A stretch of 64,000 bases of DNA from Chthonomonadales bacterium. Its GTDB lineage: Bacteria > Armatimonadota > Chthonomonadetes > Chthonomonadales > CAJBBX01. The translations under genes were made by a program, and so were the position numbers. This document shows positions 51,365 to 61,026 of this stretch, piece after piece (position 1 is the first letter of the stretch; the number at the start of each line of letters is the position of its first letter). Under the pieces are notes generated by a model. That model made no database searches. It had not been told where the DNA came from and saw only the letters and a list, made by a program, of their open reading frames with translations. The DNA lies in NCBI GenBank assembly GCA_037443035.1, contig JBBIPC010000003.1, positions 58,951 through 122,950 of the forward strand. The letters are read 5' to 3'.

Positions 51365-51985
51365 ATGGGTACCGCAGTAACAATCGAGGTCTTGCGTCAG
51401 CACCTGGAGGATTTCGGCTGGTCCCGCTACCGGGTGACGCCGGAACCTGGCGAACAAGAAGGACTCATTTTCACGGGCTACATCGGCGAACTCGATCGCC
51501 TTCCGCACACGGTCATCATTGACCCCATGGTGGAGAAGGGTGTGCTCCGGATTTTCTCCCCAGACGTGGCCGTCGCGCCAGTGGACAAGACGGACCCGGA
51601 CAGGCTACATGAACTCGTCTACACCGTAGCTGCGCTGAATACCCGGTCGGTGCTCGCTTCCTTCGGCTACGATCCGAGCGACGGAGAGGTCTCGATCGCC
51701 GTGGCCATGCCCATCGAAGAGAACGACATCAGCTTCGAGCAATTCAAGCGGGCCATGGAGGCTGTAATCTGGGGCATTGGCACGTACGGCAGAGGCTTGC
51801 GCGGTATTGTAGATGGCACTGCCAAGGCCAAGGATGTGCTCAGCATTGGCCAAACCGGCCCATCGCCGGCCGAACTGGAAGTGCTCAGGCAGCTCCTGGA
51901 GGCGCTTGGGGAGAGACTGGCGGAGCGTCGAGTATCCCCATCGGACGAGGACGACAGCGAGGAGGAACAACCGTCCAGGTCCTGA
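51365..51985 (+). CDS. YbjN/type III chaperone-like domain protein
   Basis: GGAGG RBS; pattern LN......FGYDPSDGEV....AMPIE.NDISFEQFKR typical of YbjN-like folds; acidic tail. Confidence 0.65.
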   Translation: MGTAVTIEVLRQHLEDFGWSRYRVTPEPGEQEGLIFTGYIGELDRLPHTVIIDPMVEKGVLRIFSPDVAVAPVDKTDPDRLHELVYTVAALNTRSVLASFGYDPSDGEVSIAVAMPIEENDISFEQFKRAMEAVIWGIGTYGRGLRGIVDGTAKAKDVLSIGQTGPSPAELEVLRQLLEALGERLAERRVSPSDEDDSEEEQPSRS

Positions 51986-52060
51986 GACTGGTGCCGTCCG
52001 GCATTACATGGCCAGGGGGCACGGTGGTCGTTCCATCCGCCGCTACTGGCGGCGCGGTTC

Positions 52061-52148
52061 CGGCGGTCCATGGTGACCACGCAGCCACGGCGGTACATGG
52101 CGACTGGGTCGCCCAGGCGGCAAATGGTTACGACGGCGCCCAGGCGGT
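52061..52148. repeat. Degenerate 27-bp tandem repeat (about 3.3 copies)
   Basis: Units start at 52061, 52088, 52115 and 52142 and share GGCGG...ATGG..AC...GC. Confidence 0.6.
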
Positions 52149-52317
52149 TGAGTAGTCCCGATAGCCATCGGGACTACTCAATCGCCGGCGGGGTGCACCG
52201 CCGTGCCCTGTGGCGCAGGAACAACCTGCGGCTACACGGCCTTCGGCCGTAAGGCATCAGGACATACCCTTCGCACCCAAGGACGCGCAGCGTGTAGCCG
52301 CCGCTGCTGGCGGCGGC
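52143..52317. repeat. Cluster of GTAG-type REP-like palindromes and a long hairpin between convergent genes
   Basis: 20-bp stem at 52143-52186 (GGCGGTTGAGTAGTCCCGAT-AGCC-ATCGGGACTACTCAATCGCC); two inverted GTGTAGCCGC-headed hairpins at 52214-52237 (-) and 52292-52317 (+). Confidence 0.6.
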
Positions 52318-52381
52318 ACGCACGATGATGGGTTGCCGCCGAGGTCTCCTGACCGCATGGACGCAACGAGGTGCGGCCGGC

Positions 52382-55354
52382 TCAGTGAGTGTACTTGGCT
52401 AGTCCCTGGACGAGCCTGGTCACTGTATCCCGGTACAGAGCGTCGGCAGCCTGGTCGGTGGCAGGCGGCAGGGCTGGCAATCTGCCACTGGCCTTGAGGC
52501 TCTGCCGCATTCCGGCGGCGGCGGCGCATTCGAGCGCCAGGCGAATGTGGGCTGCCTCGGTGGTATCGCCGAAACCCGCGCTGACAAGCGACGCCAGACG
52601 CTCCCGCAGCGAACCCACTGCTTCGCGCAGATCGTCCGGCGCTGCACCCTCGAGGGCTGGAACAGGATCGGGTCCATAGGCGAGGAAATCCTGGTCGGGC
52701 ACGGTACCTCCCATGCCAATGACAATCCTCGCGTCGTCGGGCAAAGCGCCCTCGCTGAGGGTGATGAACGTGCGAGAATGGCGTCGCCAGCGTTTTCCGT
52801 TGATCCAGACACCTGTCACAGGTCCTTGCCCCACGGTCGCCAGCCAGAGCCGCTTGCGGCCGAACCGGATCGGAAAGCGCTGCTCCATCTGCAAGATCGA
52901 GGGCGGCACGTGCGGAATCAGCGTAAGGGTATCTGCCCGATACACGTACTCGAATAGCCCCCTGATCATAGCGGCCGGCGGCCCGAATGCGTCGTACGTG
53001 AGGTTCAACGGCTCGCCGGGCTGGTAGACACTGTTGCCGCACTCGGTCAGTGGGTTGTCCATCCGAAAACGCCTGGCGAAGGTGAGGAGTTTCTCCATGG
53101 ATCGGCGCGCATCACTCCACCAGCCCATCCGGTAATACGCCAGTATCATCCGAGCCTCGCACGTGGACCAGTGCCCTCCGTTCACCCACGTACCAAAGGT
53201 CCACAGCCCTTCGGGCCGTTCGTACATGTCGTCATAGGACGGATAGTTCGGCAGGATAAAGGCATGGGGACGGAGCCCAGGGATGCTGGCAATCTTCGAC
53301 AGTATCCGCCTCGCGAGGGCGTCGTCCACAACGCGTAGGCAAACGGCGTCGTGGTTGGGCGAGGTCTCGAGATAGCCGTGCTTGTCAGCGCCATAGACTC
53401 CGTGACGCACGCCATCGGGATCGACCGAGCGTACGAAGTAGCCCTCAGGTTCGAGGAGCGCTGCAAGCCCTCGTTTGCTCGCTACGCGCCGACGCTCGTA
53501 TAGCGCTGCCTGTTGCTTCCTGCCCGCGAGCTTCTCTAGCTCGATGAGCCGATCCAGAGCAGCGATGGTGGTAATGGAGAGGCCCGAGAGGTAGGCCATG
53601 CCGTACGTGCCGTCGGGCTTCCTCCACCCGGAATAGCTCGGCGCCAGCAGGTTTCCAGCCGGGCCTGCGAGGTACAGATTGTTCTTCGGATCTCGACGTG
53701 ATTCGAGGAAGTTCGCCGTTCGCTCCAGCTTAGGGAGGTAGCTGGCGATCGCGCCCGCATCCCTGCTGATCAACAGAAGCTCGGCCTGCATGAGCAGCCC
53801 GGCGGCAGCGAACTCCACGCCCCAGTCGTGTAGTTCCACCCGCCCATCTCCCTGCTTGGCAATGAACATGCCTGGAGCCGCGGCGTCACACAGCGCGCCG
53901 TCGGGAGGGACCCACCGGAACTCTCGGAAAGGACGGAGGGTCTTCCCATCTCCCATCTGGTCGAACCAGAGGTCCTGGGAGTTCTGAAGAAAGGACGTCA
54001 GTGGCTCCGTCAAGAACGGCAGCGCGGCGTACGTTGTGCCGTAGCTATTCTGGATCCACCACGCGTTCCACGTCGGCCCTTCCACGAACCCGTTCCATGC
54101 TGGCGTGTACAGCATAGGCAGGTTCTGATACTCGGCGTCCGGCGAGAACATCCGCCGGGCGATGTCCAGCAGCTGCAAGTACTCGACATCGCCCCTGCCT
54201 TTGAAGAATCTTCCTGCGAACGATGGTGCGCCCTGCAATGGTCTGTCCCTTCGCTCTCTCCACATGCGTTCTAGCGCATCGATCCTAGCGGTTCCCTCGC
54301 CGATGGTCGGGCATAGCCAGCCCCCTTCGTCATGCTCATTCCAGGCGTAGATCAGCATGACGCGAGCGGGACACGCAGATGGATTCGCCACGACCCAGTC
54401 GGCGGCTTCCCGGACGTGAGCAGCGAGTTCCTGGGGCGTTGGAGCCGCGTAGTAGCGGTGCATTCCTTCGCCTGCCTTCTGCCATGGTTCCCAGGGATGG
54501 GGGCGCTCGATGCGCGGACGTCTGTCCCAACCCGCCATGGCAGTAGGTACGACCTGGACCCCCAGGTAGCGCGCCTCGTTCCAGAATCGCCTCGCCACGT
54601 CGCGAAGCTCCTGGTAAGTGCTCTCGTTGCCGCCATTGCCCGGGATCGCGTAGGCACTGATGGCGTCTGCACCGATGGTCTCGGCAAGCTGGCGCGCACG
54701 CTGAGGCGTGAAATCCATCAGGACGATGTACGGATCGCCCGCACCTGCCTTCCGGACTTCCTCGCGAAAACCCTGCCACAGCTTACGCGCCTGCTCCGGC
54801 CCGCCCCATGCTTCGATATGGGCATCCTGAACAAAGCCGAGAAAGAAGAGCGGTCTGCGTCCAGCCACCCTGCAGTAGTTCGGCTCTCGCATCAGTCTGA
54901 CAAACCGCTGCATCCGCTCATGGAACGCCGTTGCGTTCCCAGCGCGACCGGCCTCCAGGATCATGGCGAAGCGAATGTCTTTCCGATGCCTGCTGGACAG
55001 GTGGAGCTTCAGCGCATCGGAAAGGGGATCCTCCGGATCGTAAGCAACGTACGCCCAATAGTCTATGCCCGCCCGCTTGGCTTCGGCAATCTCGCGATCC
55101 ACAATCGCCTGGGTGTACGGACCTATTTCGATGCGTTCGTCCGATAGGATGCGCGCGAAGAACGGAGCCCTGTGCTGGTAACGCTTGGGACTCAAGCATT
55201 CCTCGAGAACTTTCGCCACGATGCCACGGGAGCTGCCATACCACCCGTCCCAACGTATGGCGCCGACCAACGGCTTCTCCATGGCCCCAGCGCACGGGAC
55301 CGACATGATGACACCAGCCATAGCGAACAGCAATGCTTCGATACGAAGGATCAT
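52382..55354 (-). CDS. Secreted two-domain glycoside hydrolase: GH99/WbsX-like TIM barrel plus (alpha/alpha)6 six-hairpin glycosidase-like domain
   Basis: N-domain has VGAIRWDGW, GIDYWAY, GWDRRPR, YAWNEHDEGGW. C-domain has WWIQNSYG, LERTANFLESRRD, WVNGGHW. Confidence 0.65.
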   Translation of the reverse strand: MILRIEALLFAMAGVIMSVPCAGAMEKPLVGAIRWDGWYGSSRGIVAKVLEECLSPKRYQHRAPFFARILSDERIEIGPYTQAIVDREIAEAKRAGIDYWAYVAYDPEDPLSDALKLHLSSRHRKDIRFAMILEAGRAGNATAFHERMQRFVRLMREPNYCRVAGRRPLFFLGFVQDAHIEAWGGPEQARKLWQGFREEVRKAGAGDPYIVLMDFTPQRARQLAETIGADAISAYAIPGNGGNESTYQELRDVARRFWNEARYLGVQVVPTAMAGWDRRPRIERPHPWEPWQKAGEGMHRYYAAPTPQELAAHVREAADWVVANPSACPARVMLIYAWNEHDEGGWLCPTIGEGTARIDALERMWRERRDRPLQGAPSFAGRFFKGRGDVEYLQLLDIARRMFSPDAEYQNLPMLYTPAWNGFVEGPTWNAWWIQNSYGTTYAALPFLTEPLTSFLQNSQDLWFDQMGDGKTLRPFREFRWVPPDGALCDAAAPGMFIAKQGDGRVELHDWGVEFAAAGLLMQAELLLISRDAGAIASYLPKLERTANFLESRRDPKNNLYLAGPAGNLLAPSYSGWRKPDGTYGMAYLSGLSITTIAALDRLIELEKLAGRKQQAALYERRRVASKRGLAALLEPEGYFVRSVDPDGVRHGVYGADKHGYLETSPNHDAVCLRVVDDALARRILSKIASIPGLRPHAFILPNYPSYDDMYERPEGLWTFGTWVNGGHWSTCEARMILAYYRMGWWSDARRSMEKLLTFARRFRMDNPLTECGNSVYQPGEPLNLTYDAFGPPAAMIRGLFEYVYRADTLTLIPHVPPSILQMEQRFPIRFGRKRLWLATVGQGPVTGVWINGKRWRRHSRTFITLSEGALPDDARIVIGMGGTVPDQDFLAYGPDPVPALEGAAPDDLREAVGSLRERLASLVSAGFGDTTEAAHIRLALECAAAAGMRQSLKASGRLPALPPATDQAADALYRDTVTRLVQGLAKYTH

Positions 55355-55470
55355 GGGAACCACTCCCCTGAAGTCAGTGTCCGCTCATGCAGAAGGATCA
55401 CGGGCTGTCTTGACGGGAACATCCGTCCTATCCGTGGTGGTAGGATAACCCATACGAGGGAGCAATCTGT

Positions 55471-56757
55471 ATGGACACGAACAAGAAACTCACGCGTCGC
55501 GAACTGGTCGGTCACAGTGCCCGTCTGGCCATTCCCACCATCCTGCCGTCCGGCATCATTCCCATGCCTGGTAGACAGAGCCCGAACGACCGCATCGAGG
55601 TCGGCGTCATCGGCACCGGAGGCATGGGTCAGAACCACGTCACTCCCGATACCGTTGCCATCTGCGATGTGGACGACAACCACCTGGCCAACGCCCGCAA
55701 GCGCATCACACGAGGTGAGCCTTTCACGACGAAGGACTTCCGGCGCCTCCTGGAGCGCAAGGATGTGGATGCCGTCATCATCGCAACGCCGGACCACTGG
55801 CACGCTCTGATGACGATCATGGCCTGCCAGGCTGGCAAGCATGTAATGAGCGAGAAACCCACGGCCCGGACCATCGCCGAAGGACGCGCCATGGTCAAGG
55901 CCGCGCGCAAGTACAACCGTGTCGTCCAGATCCACGCTCAGGGCCGGTCCAATCCAAATGCCCATCTCGCGTGCCAGTTCGTTCGCAATGGTGGTATCGG
56001 CAGAATCCGACGGGTGGACGTCTGGCATCCCGTCAACTTCAGCACGACGAGCTGGGGCGAGCCGCAGCCTGTCCCCTCCACGCTGGACTGGGACATGTGG
56101 CTTGGGCCGCTGCGCTGGATGCCCTACCATCCCGAGCGGTGCCACTTCAACTTCCGCTGGCTCATGGACTCCGGAGGCGGGTTCATACGCGACCGAGGCA
56201 ATCACGCACTGAGTATCGTCTCATGGCTCACCGACAACGACAACTACAAGGGGATCGTCACCTGCGAAGCAACCGGCAAGCGGCATCTGACCGGCTTCTT
56301 CGATGTACCCGCGACCATGGACGTGACCTGGCAATTCCGAAACCCGGATTGGACCCTAACATGGAGCCAGCCAGGCAAGCCCAACCCGCGATTCCCGGGC
56401 GATTGGGGGGCTACGTACACGGGCGATAGGGATGACCTGGTAGTCCTCGGTGGCGATGGCGGCTGCGATACGGAGAAGAAGGCGAAGGACTTCGTGGTCC
56501 CTTCTGGCGGCATCGAGATCTACCGCAGCCCCGGACACCGCGAGAACTGGCTGGAATGCATCCGCACGGGAAAGAGGCCTGTCATGGACGTGGAAATCGG
56601 ACACCACGTCGTGACTCTGTGTATTCTGGGCAACATCGCCTGGCGTCTCGGGCGCAAGGTGACGTTCGACTTCGCTACAGAGCGGTTCATCGGCGACGAA
56701 GAGGCGAACCGGCTCATTGACGAGCCCTACCGGCCCCCGTGGAAGCTCGAGGTATGA
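55471..56757 (+). CDS. TAT-exported Gfo/Idh/MocA oxidoreductase
   Basis: TRRELV twin-Arg, GVIGTGGMG, IATPDHWH, SEKP, LDWDMWLGP, YRPPW. Confidence 0.9.
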   Translation: MDTNKKLTRRELVGHSARLAIPTILPSGIIPMPGRQSPNDRIEVGVIGTGGMGQNHVTPDTVAICDVDDNHLANARKRITRGEPFTTKDFRRLLERKDVDAVIIATPDHWHALMTIMACQAGKHVMSEKPTARTIAEGRAMVKAARKYNRVVQIHAQGRSNPNAHLACQFVRNGGIGRIRRVDVWHPVNFSTTSWGEPQPVPSTLDWDMWLGPLRWMPYHPERCHFNFRWLMDSGGGFIRDRGNHALSIVSWLTDNDNYKGIVTCEATGKRHLTGFFDVPATMDVTWQFRNPDWTLTWSQPGKPNPRFPGDWGATYTGDRDDLVVLGGDGGCDTEKKAKDFVVPSGGIEIYRSPGHRENWLECIRTGKRPVMDVEIGHHVVTLCILGNIAWRLGRKVTFDFATERFIGDEEANRLIDEPYRPPWKLEV

Positions 56758-57239
56758 GGAGACCGAAGATGATAGCGTTCATTCCTGCCTTGCTAGCCCA
56801 ACGGCCGACTGCTGCGACACTGCTGGCCGATATCCAGAGCGGAGATATCGAGATCCGGCAGCGAGCCGTCGAACAGGCTCCACTCGTCGGTACGCCCATC
56901 ATCGTTCCCCTAGGGCAGGTCATGGCAGGTACCGACCCTGCGGCCGCCAAAGCCGCTCTGGAAGCGCTACGGTGCGTTGCCCACCACGCAGCTCGTCCGG
57001 GTGCAACTGCCGAGCGCAGGAATGCTTCTCGGGAGTTGGTGAAGCTGACCCGCTCGTCGTTCCCGCGGCATGTACGCGTGGAGGCTCTCTACCTGCTGGG
57101 GTGCCTCGCAGGTTCCGAGGCAGTGCCTGCTATGGCCGCGCTCCTGCAAGACAAGGAGATTGGCGTGGAGGCTCGCATAGCGCTCGAGCGCGTCCCTGGC
57201 ACTGCAGCACGCAGAGCACTCCAGAAGGCTCGAAGATGA
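56754..57239 (+). CDS. Small HEAT-repeat protein
   Basis: ATGA overlap with the oxidoreductase; helical repeats ending ARIALERVPG. Confidence 0.7.
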   Translation: MRRPKMIAFIPALLAQRPTAATLLADIQSGDIEIRQRAVEQAPLVGTPIIVPLGQVMAGTDPAAAKAALEALRCVAHHAARPGATAERRNASRELVKLTRSSFPRHVRVEALYLLGCLAGSEAVPAMAALLQDKEIGVEARIALERVPGTAARRALQKARR

Positions 57240-57254
57240 CGCAGTTCCACAGCC

Positions 57255-58097
57255 TCACAGGATAATCGTCCGGTTGTTCCAGATAAACACTCGGTCGTCG
57301 AGAACGAGCTGGAGCGCAGCGGCAAGAACGGTGCGCTCGACGTCGCGGCCGACTCGGACAAGATCTCGCACCGTGTAGGTGTGGTCCACGGGCAGGACGT
57401 TCTGGGCGACAATCGGTCCCTCGTCGAGCTGAGCTGTCACGAAGTGCGCGGTCGCTCCGATGATCTTGACTCCTCGTTCGAACGCCTTGCGGTAGGGGTG
57501 TGCGCCAGCAAACGCCGGTAGGAACGAGTGGTGGATGTTCACGATGCGATGCCGGTACCGCTCCACGAACTCCGGACTGAGAATACGCATGTAACGCGCC
57601 AGGACGAGGTAATCGGGTCGTAGAGGACGTAGGACTTCGAGTATCCGTTCCTCATGTTGCTCACGTGTGAGTCCATCGTGGGGGACGTACACGAACGGTA
57701 CACCGAATCGTTCGACCAGACCCTGCAGCGTGGCATGGTTCGAGATCACGGCAGCGATGCGGGCATTCAGCTCCCCGAAGTCGTGCCGCAAGAGGAGATC
57801 TCCGACGCAGTGGTATTCCTTGGATGCGAGGATCGCGAGAACGCGCGGCCGCCTGGCGACGAGCCGTATCTGAGCCGCAACCGGCAGGCGCTCGGCCAGC
57901 CGCCGGCTCAACTCCCGCGGATCGCCGCTCCCCTCGAATACTGTGCGCATGAAGAACCGACCCGTGGCGGAATCCACGAACTCGGCGTTGGAGGTGATGT
58001 TGAACCCGGCGCGAAAGACGACGCCCGTGATCTCATGGACGAGACCTGGCCGGTCTGGACAGTGGACGAGAAGAATTCGAGCCGATCCTGTGGCCAC
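57255..58097 (-). CDS. purU: Formyltetrahydrofolate deformylase
   Basis: ACT domain CPDRPGLV, SKEYHCVGDLL, VISNH, LARYMRILS, NIHHSFLPAF.GA.PY, RGVKIIGATAHFVT..LDEGPI. Confidence 0.95.
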   Translation of the reverse strand: MATGSARILLVHCPDRPGLVHEITGVVFRAGFNITSNAEFVDSATGRFFMRTVFEGSGDPRELSRRLAERLPVAAQIRLVARRPRVLAILASKEYHCVGDLLLRHDFGELNARIAAVISNHATLQGLVERFGVPFVYVPHDGLTREQHEERILEVLRPLRPDYLVLARYMRILSPEFVERYRHRIVNIHHSFLPAFAGAHPYRKAFERGVKIIGATAHFVTAQLDEGPIVAQNVLPVDHTYTVRDLVRVGRDVERTVLAAALQLVLDDRVFIWNNRTIIL

Positions 58098-58414
58098 GAT
58101 GGCTCTATCTTAGCGCAAAGTCCCCGCCTGATGCCTTACCCCGACACGTCGCTTACGGTGACGCACAAGTCACACCCACGATGCATCGCGCCTTCGACAC
58201 CCGCGTCCTGCCTGTAGGGGTTGGGCCCATCCCTCGTGCGGGATTTGTCTCTCAGCCCGACGATTCATCGCCGAGCGCCCCTGAGCTGTGAGCACTGGGG
58301 CTAGCGTGCGTTGCGTTTCGGTACCGGTGCGAGGCTGCCAGGATACAAGTCCAGAGCGCCGGATCCAGAGCGGGCGCCAGGCCCGCTCTGGATGGGGTTG
58401 CGGCTCGCCGACCG

Positions 58415-58651
58415 CTACTTGCCCTGCTTCTGGGCGAACTTCTCGGATTGCTCCAGCTCTTTGCGAAGAAGCCCCAGGACCATGGCCTTCACGTTGGCCG
58501 GCATCTTCGGGTCTTTCTGTACCTTCTCGATCTCGGCTTTAACCTGATCGGGTGTCTTCACCTTCGGTGCGGGTTCCCGCGAGCAACCGAAGAGAAGTGC
58601 ACACGCGGCCAGAGCCAAGAGCGCCGTCAGCAGGCGCAGGATGCCCAGCAT
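58415..58651 (-). CDS. Small lipoprotein, partner of the pilin-like gene
   Basis: Hydrophobic signal, lipobox LLFG-C, charged helical body; directly after the pilin stop; alternative GTG start at 58672. Confidence 0.7.
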   Translation of the reverse strand: MLGILRLLTALLALAACALLFGCSREPAPKVKTPDQVKAEIEKVQKDPKMPANVKAMVLGLLRKELEQSEKFAQKQGK

Positions 58652-58677
58652 GCGTCGGCGATGAGGCGTCACCGGAC

Positions 58678-59520
58678 TTACGGCTGCTGCCCGCGGCATG
58701 GGGAGTCCCAGCTCGGATCGTAGAGCCAATCCTGCGGCCCGCTGTCGTACCACTTGATCATGCCAGGGAACAGGACGTTGCGACAGTAGTTGAGCTGGCC
58801 CTTGACCATGGCCTTGGCATGGCCGTCGCCGAAGACCATGTTGGCCGACTGCGTATGCCGGTAGCGAGGCAGGTAGGTATTGCACTGAGGCCATCCGGCG
58901 GCATCGCAGTTGGGGCTGGAGCCGTCGGCCTCGAACTTGGCACCCGAGTTGGGACCGGTGAAGATAGGCGGCCATGTGGCGCCACCATGCCACCAGAAGT
59001 CCTCGGTCATGCCCTCGAGGCTCCCGTTGCCGTCGGTGCCGGTTCCCACTTCCGTGACAAGGACGATCTCAGCCGGACGATTGAGATTGGCCAGACCGAC
59101 AGCCCCCCAGAAATTGCCGTTGGCCATGGTGGGATAGTGGATGATGCCCGAGTGGGCGCCGTAGATCCTCTTGGCGTTGGCTCTGCTGGGACAACTGAAC
59201 AGACCGCCGACCACGGTGCCATCTCCAACGGTTACCGAGCCGAGGCTACCGTTCTTGATGTAAGGCAGGATGGCCATGCGCCAGTCGGTACGACTGCCGT
59301 CGGGGTTCAGGATGGCGGCATAGGGGAAGAGCTCATCGTAGTCCTGTACATACATCATGATGGCCGTACCCATCTGCTTCATGTTGGACAGGCACGAGAT
59401 CGCTCGAGCCTTCTCCCTTGCTTGGGCGAAGACAGGGAACAGGATCGCCGCCAGGATCGCGATGATCGCGATCACAACGAGCAGTTCGATCAGGGTGAAG
59501 CCCGACCGTGTTGACTTCAT
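58678..59520 (-). CDS. Prepilin-type N-terminal cleavage/methylation protein with DUF1559 and H-X9-DG domains
   Basis: [70 protein letters not shown]. Confidence 0.92.
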   Translation of the reverse strand: MKSTRSGFTLIELLVVIAIIAILAAILFPVFAQAREKARAISCLSNMKQMGTAIMMYVQDYDELFPYAAILNPDGSRTDWRMAILPYIKNGSLGSVTVGDGTVVGGLFSCPSRANAKRIYGAHSGIIHYPTMANGNFWGAVGLANLNRPAEIVLVTEVGTGTDGNGSLEGMTEDFWWHGGATWPPIFTGPNSGAKFEADGSSPNCDAAGWPQCNTYLPRYRHTQSANMVFGDGHAKAMVKGQLNYCRNVLFPGMIKWYDSGPQDWLYDPSWDSPCRGQQP

Positions 59521-59593
59521 TGTCTTGCTCCTTTCGTGGTGTGGAATGCCGATTGATGTCGGCACCGGTGGTGGGATGGGTGTAGTACGCCTC

Positions 59594-59609
59594 GCGCATT
59601 CGAACGCAT
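59594..59609. promoter_or_regulatory. Candidate secondary LacI operator upstream of the pilin-like gene
   Basis: Minus-strand ATGCGTTCGAATGCGC matches the 60743-60758 operator at 12 of 16 positions. Confidence 0.45.
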
Positions 59610-59740
59610 AAAAGGCCAAAGAGGAGGGTGTGAGAGGGTGTTCGAGACTGTTGATGACTCTAGAGAGCGCCCGCCGTCCCGGAAGGATAGTCCGAGAGCG
59701 GTTGGCGCGCCGCCCACTGGAGTTGCGCTTGGCCGAGCGG

Positions 59741-60730
59741 TCATGTGGTCTCTCCCACGCGAAACTCCACGGGCATGACCGTGACCGGTGGCACGTCTTC
59801 GCCGGCCATGAGCGCCTGCAGCGTCTCCACGGCCTTGCGCGATACCTCGGGCCAGTGTGCCAGTGTCGTGCTGAGGCACTTGGGGGTTATACGTGGGTCC
59901 AGGAGGCCGTCGAACCCCACGACTGCCAAATCCTCGGGTACGCGTATGCCGGTATGACGGCAAGCGAACATGAGATTCAATGCGGTGATATCGTTCCAGC
60001 AGCAGACGGCAGTGGGTGGAGCGGACATCCCGCGGATGGTCTCCAGGATTGGGCTGGCTTCTTCGTAACTGACGCGAAGGACAACCGGAGCGATCCCTCG
60101 CCGTCGGACCTCTTCGACGAATGTCTCCTCACGCAGGCGGGCGGATGCCAAGGGAGCCTCCGGCGCGATGAATGCCACGTTGCGGTGCCCTCGCTGATCC
60201 ACAAGATGGGCGACCGCGCCCCGCATGCCGGCCGCATCATCGCAGACCACCGTGGGAATGCCCGGCAGCGCGTCGGCAACAGCGACCACTGGCAGATGGG
60301 ACTGCCGCAACATGTCCACCAGCGGATCCTGAGGACTGGCGTGGAGCACCAGACCATCCAGCCGACCACACATCAGCTCCGCGAAACGCTCTTCGGCCGG
60401 CGTCTCCGGTGGGAAGTTGTGGAGGAGCAGGAACAGGCCCGTGCGACAGCACGTGTTCTGGAGGCTACCAATGATCTCTGCCAGGAACGCGTTGCGCGCA
60501 TCCAGGTTCCCATTGCTGCTGCAGAATCCGATGACACGGGTCCGACGCTCGCGCAGCGACCGAGCCACCGCATGAGGGCGGTAGCCCATGCGCGCTGCCT
60601 CCTCCAGAATCCGCTTTCGCGTCTCCTGGTTGTAGGTGTATCCCTCCGCATCGCTAAGCACGCGGGAAACGGTGGACTGAGACACGCCCAGCCGCCGCGC
60701 GATCTCCCGGGCTGTCACCTTCTTCGTCAT
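59741..60730 (-). CDS. LacI family transcriptional regulator
   Basis: [59 protein letters not shown]. Confidence 0.94.
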   Translation of the reverse strand: MTKKVTAREIARRLGVSQSTVSRVLSDAEGYTYNQETRKRILEEAARMGYRPHAVARSLRERRTRVIGFCSSNGNLDARNAFLAEIIGSLQNTCCRTGLFLLLHNFPPETPAEERFAELMCGRLDGLVLHASPQDPLVDMLRQSHLPVVAVADALPGIPTVVCDDAAGMRGAVAHLVDQRGHRNVAFIAPEAPLASARLREETFVEEVRRRGIAPVVLRVSYEEASPILETIRGMSAPPTAVCCWNDITALNLMFACRHTGIRVPEDLAVVGFDGLLDPRITPKCLSTTLAHWPEVSRKAVETLQALMAGEDVPPVTVMPVEFRVGETT

Positions 60731-60742
60731 GTCACGACCTCG

Positions 60743-60758
60743 ATGCATACGAATGCAT
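60743..60758. promoter_or_regulatory. LacI-type operator palindrome
   Basis: ATGCAT-ACGA-ATGCAT with a central CG, overlapping the -10 box. Confidence 0.7.
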
Positions 60759-60785
60759 TGTACACACCTGTGACGTCTGTGTCAA
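60757..60785 (-). promoter_or_regulatory. Sigma70 promoter of LacI-pilin operon 2
   Basis: On the minus strand: TTGACA, 17 nt spacer, TACAAT. Confidence 0.8.
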
Positions 60786-61026
60786 GGGCCGCGGCTAAGT
60801 TGCCGAAGCACGATTCGGCGCATCGGACCTCCTATGACCGCCGCATCCCGGACTGCCACAGCACTGCCGTGCAGGCGCGTGGCTCTGCAGCGCTCGCCCG
60901 AGCCACCTGTTCCGGTGATAGCAATCCGTCGCCACAGCCGGTCGCTTCGACCCAGTTACGGCGCCATGGGCATCGGTGCTCGATATCGAATGGGAAACGC
61001 CCAGTCGGGTATCCTCAGTGGTACTC

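Noticed and set aside
52061..52317. Possible CRISPR array
   Set aside because: The repeats are degenerate and contiguous, with no unique spacers and no cas genes in the window
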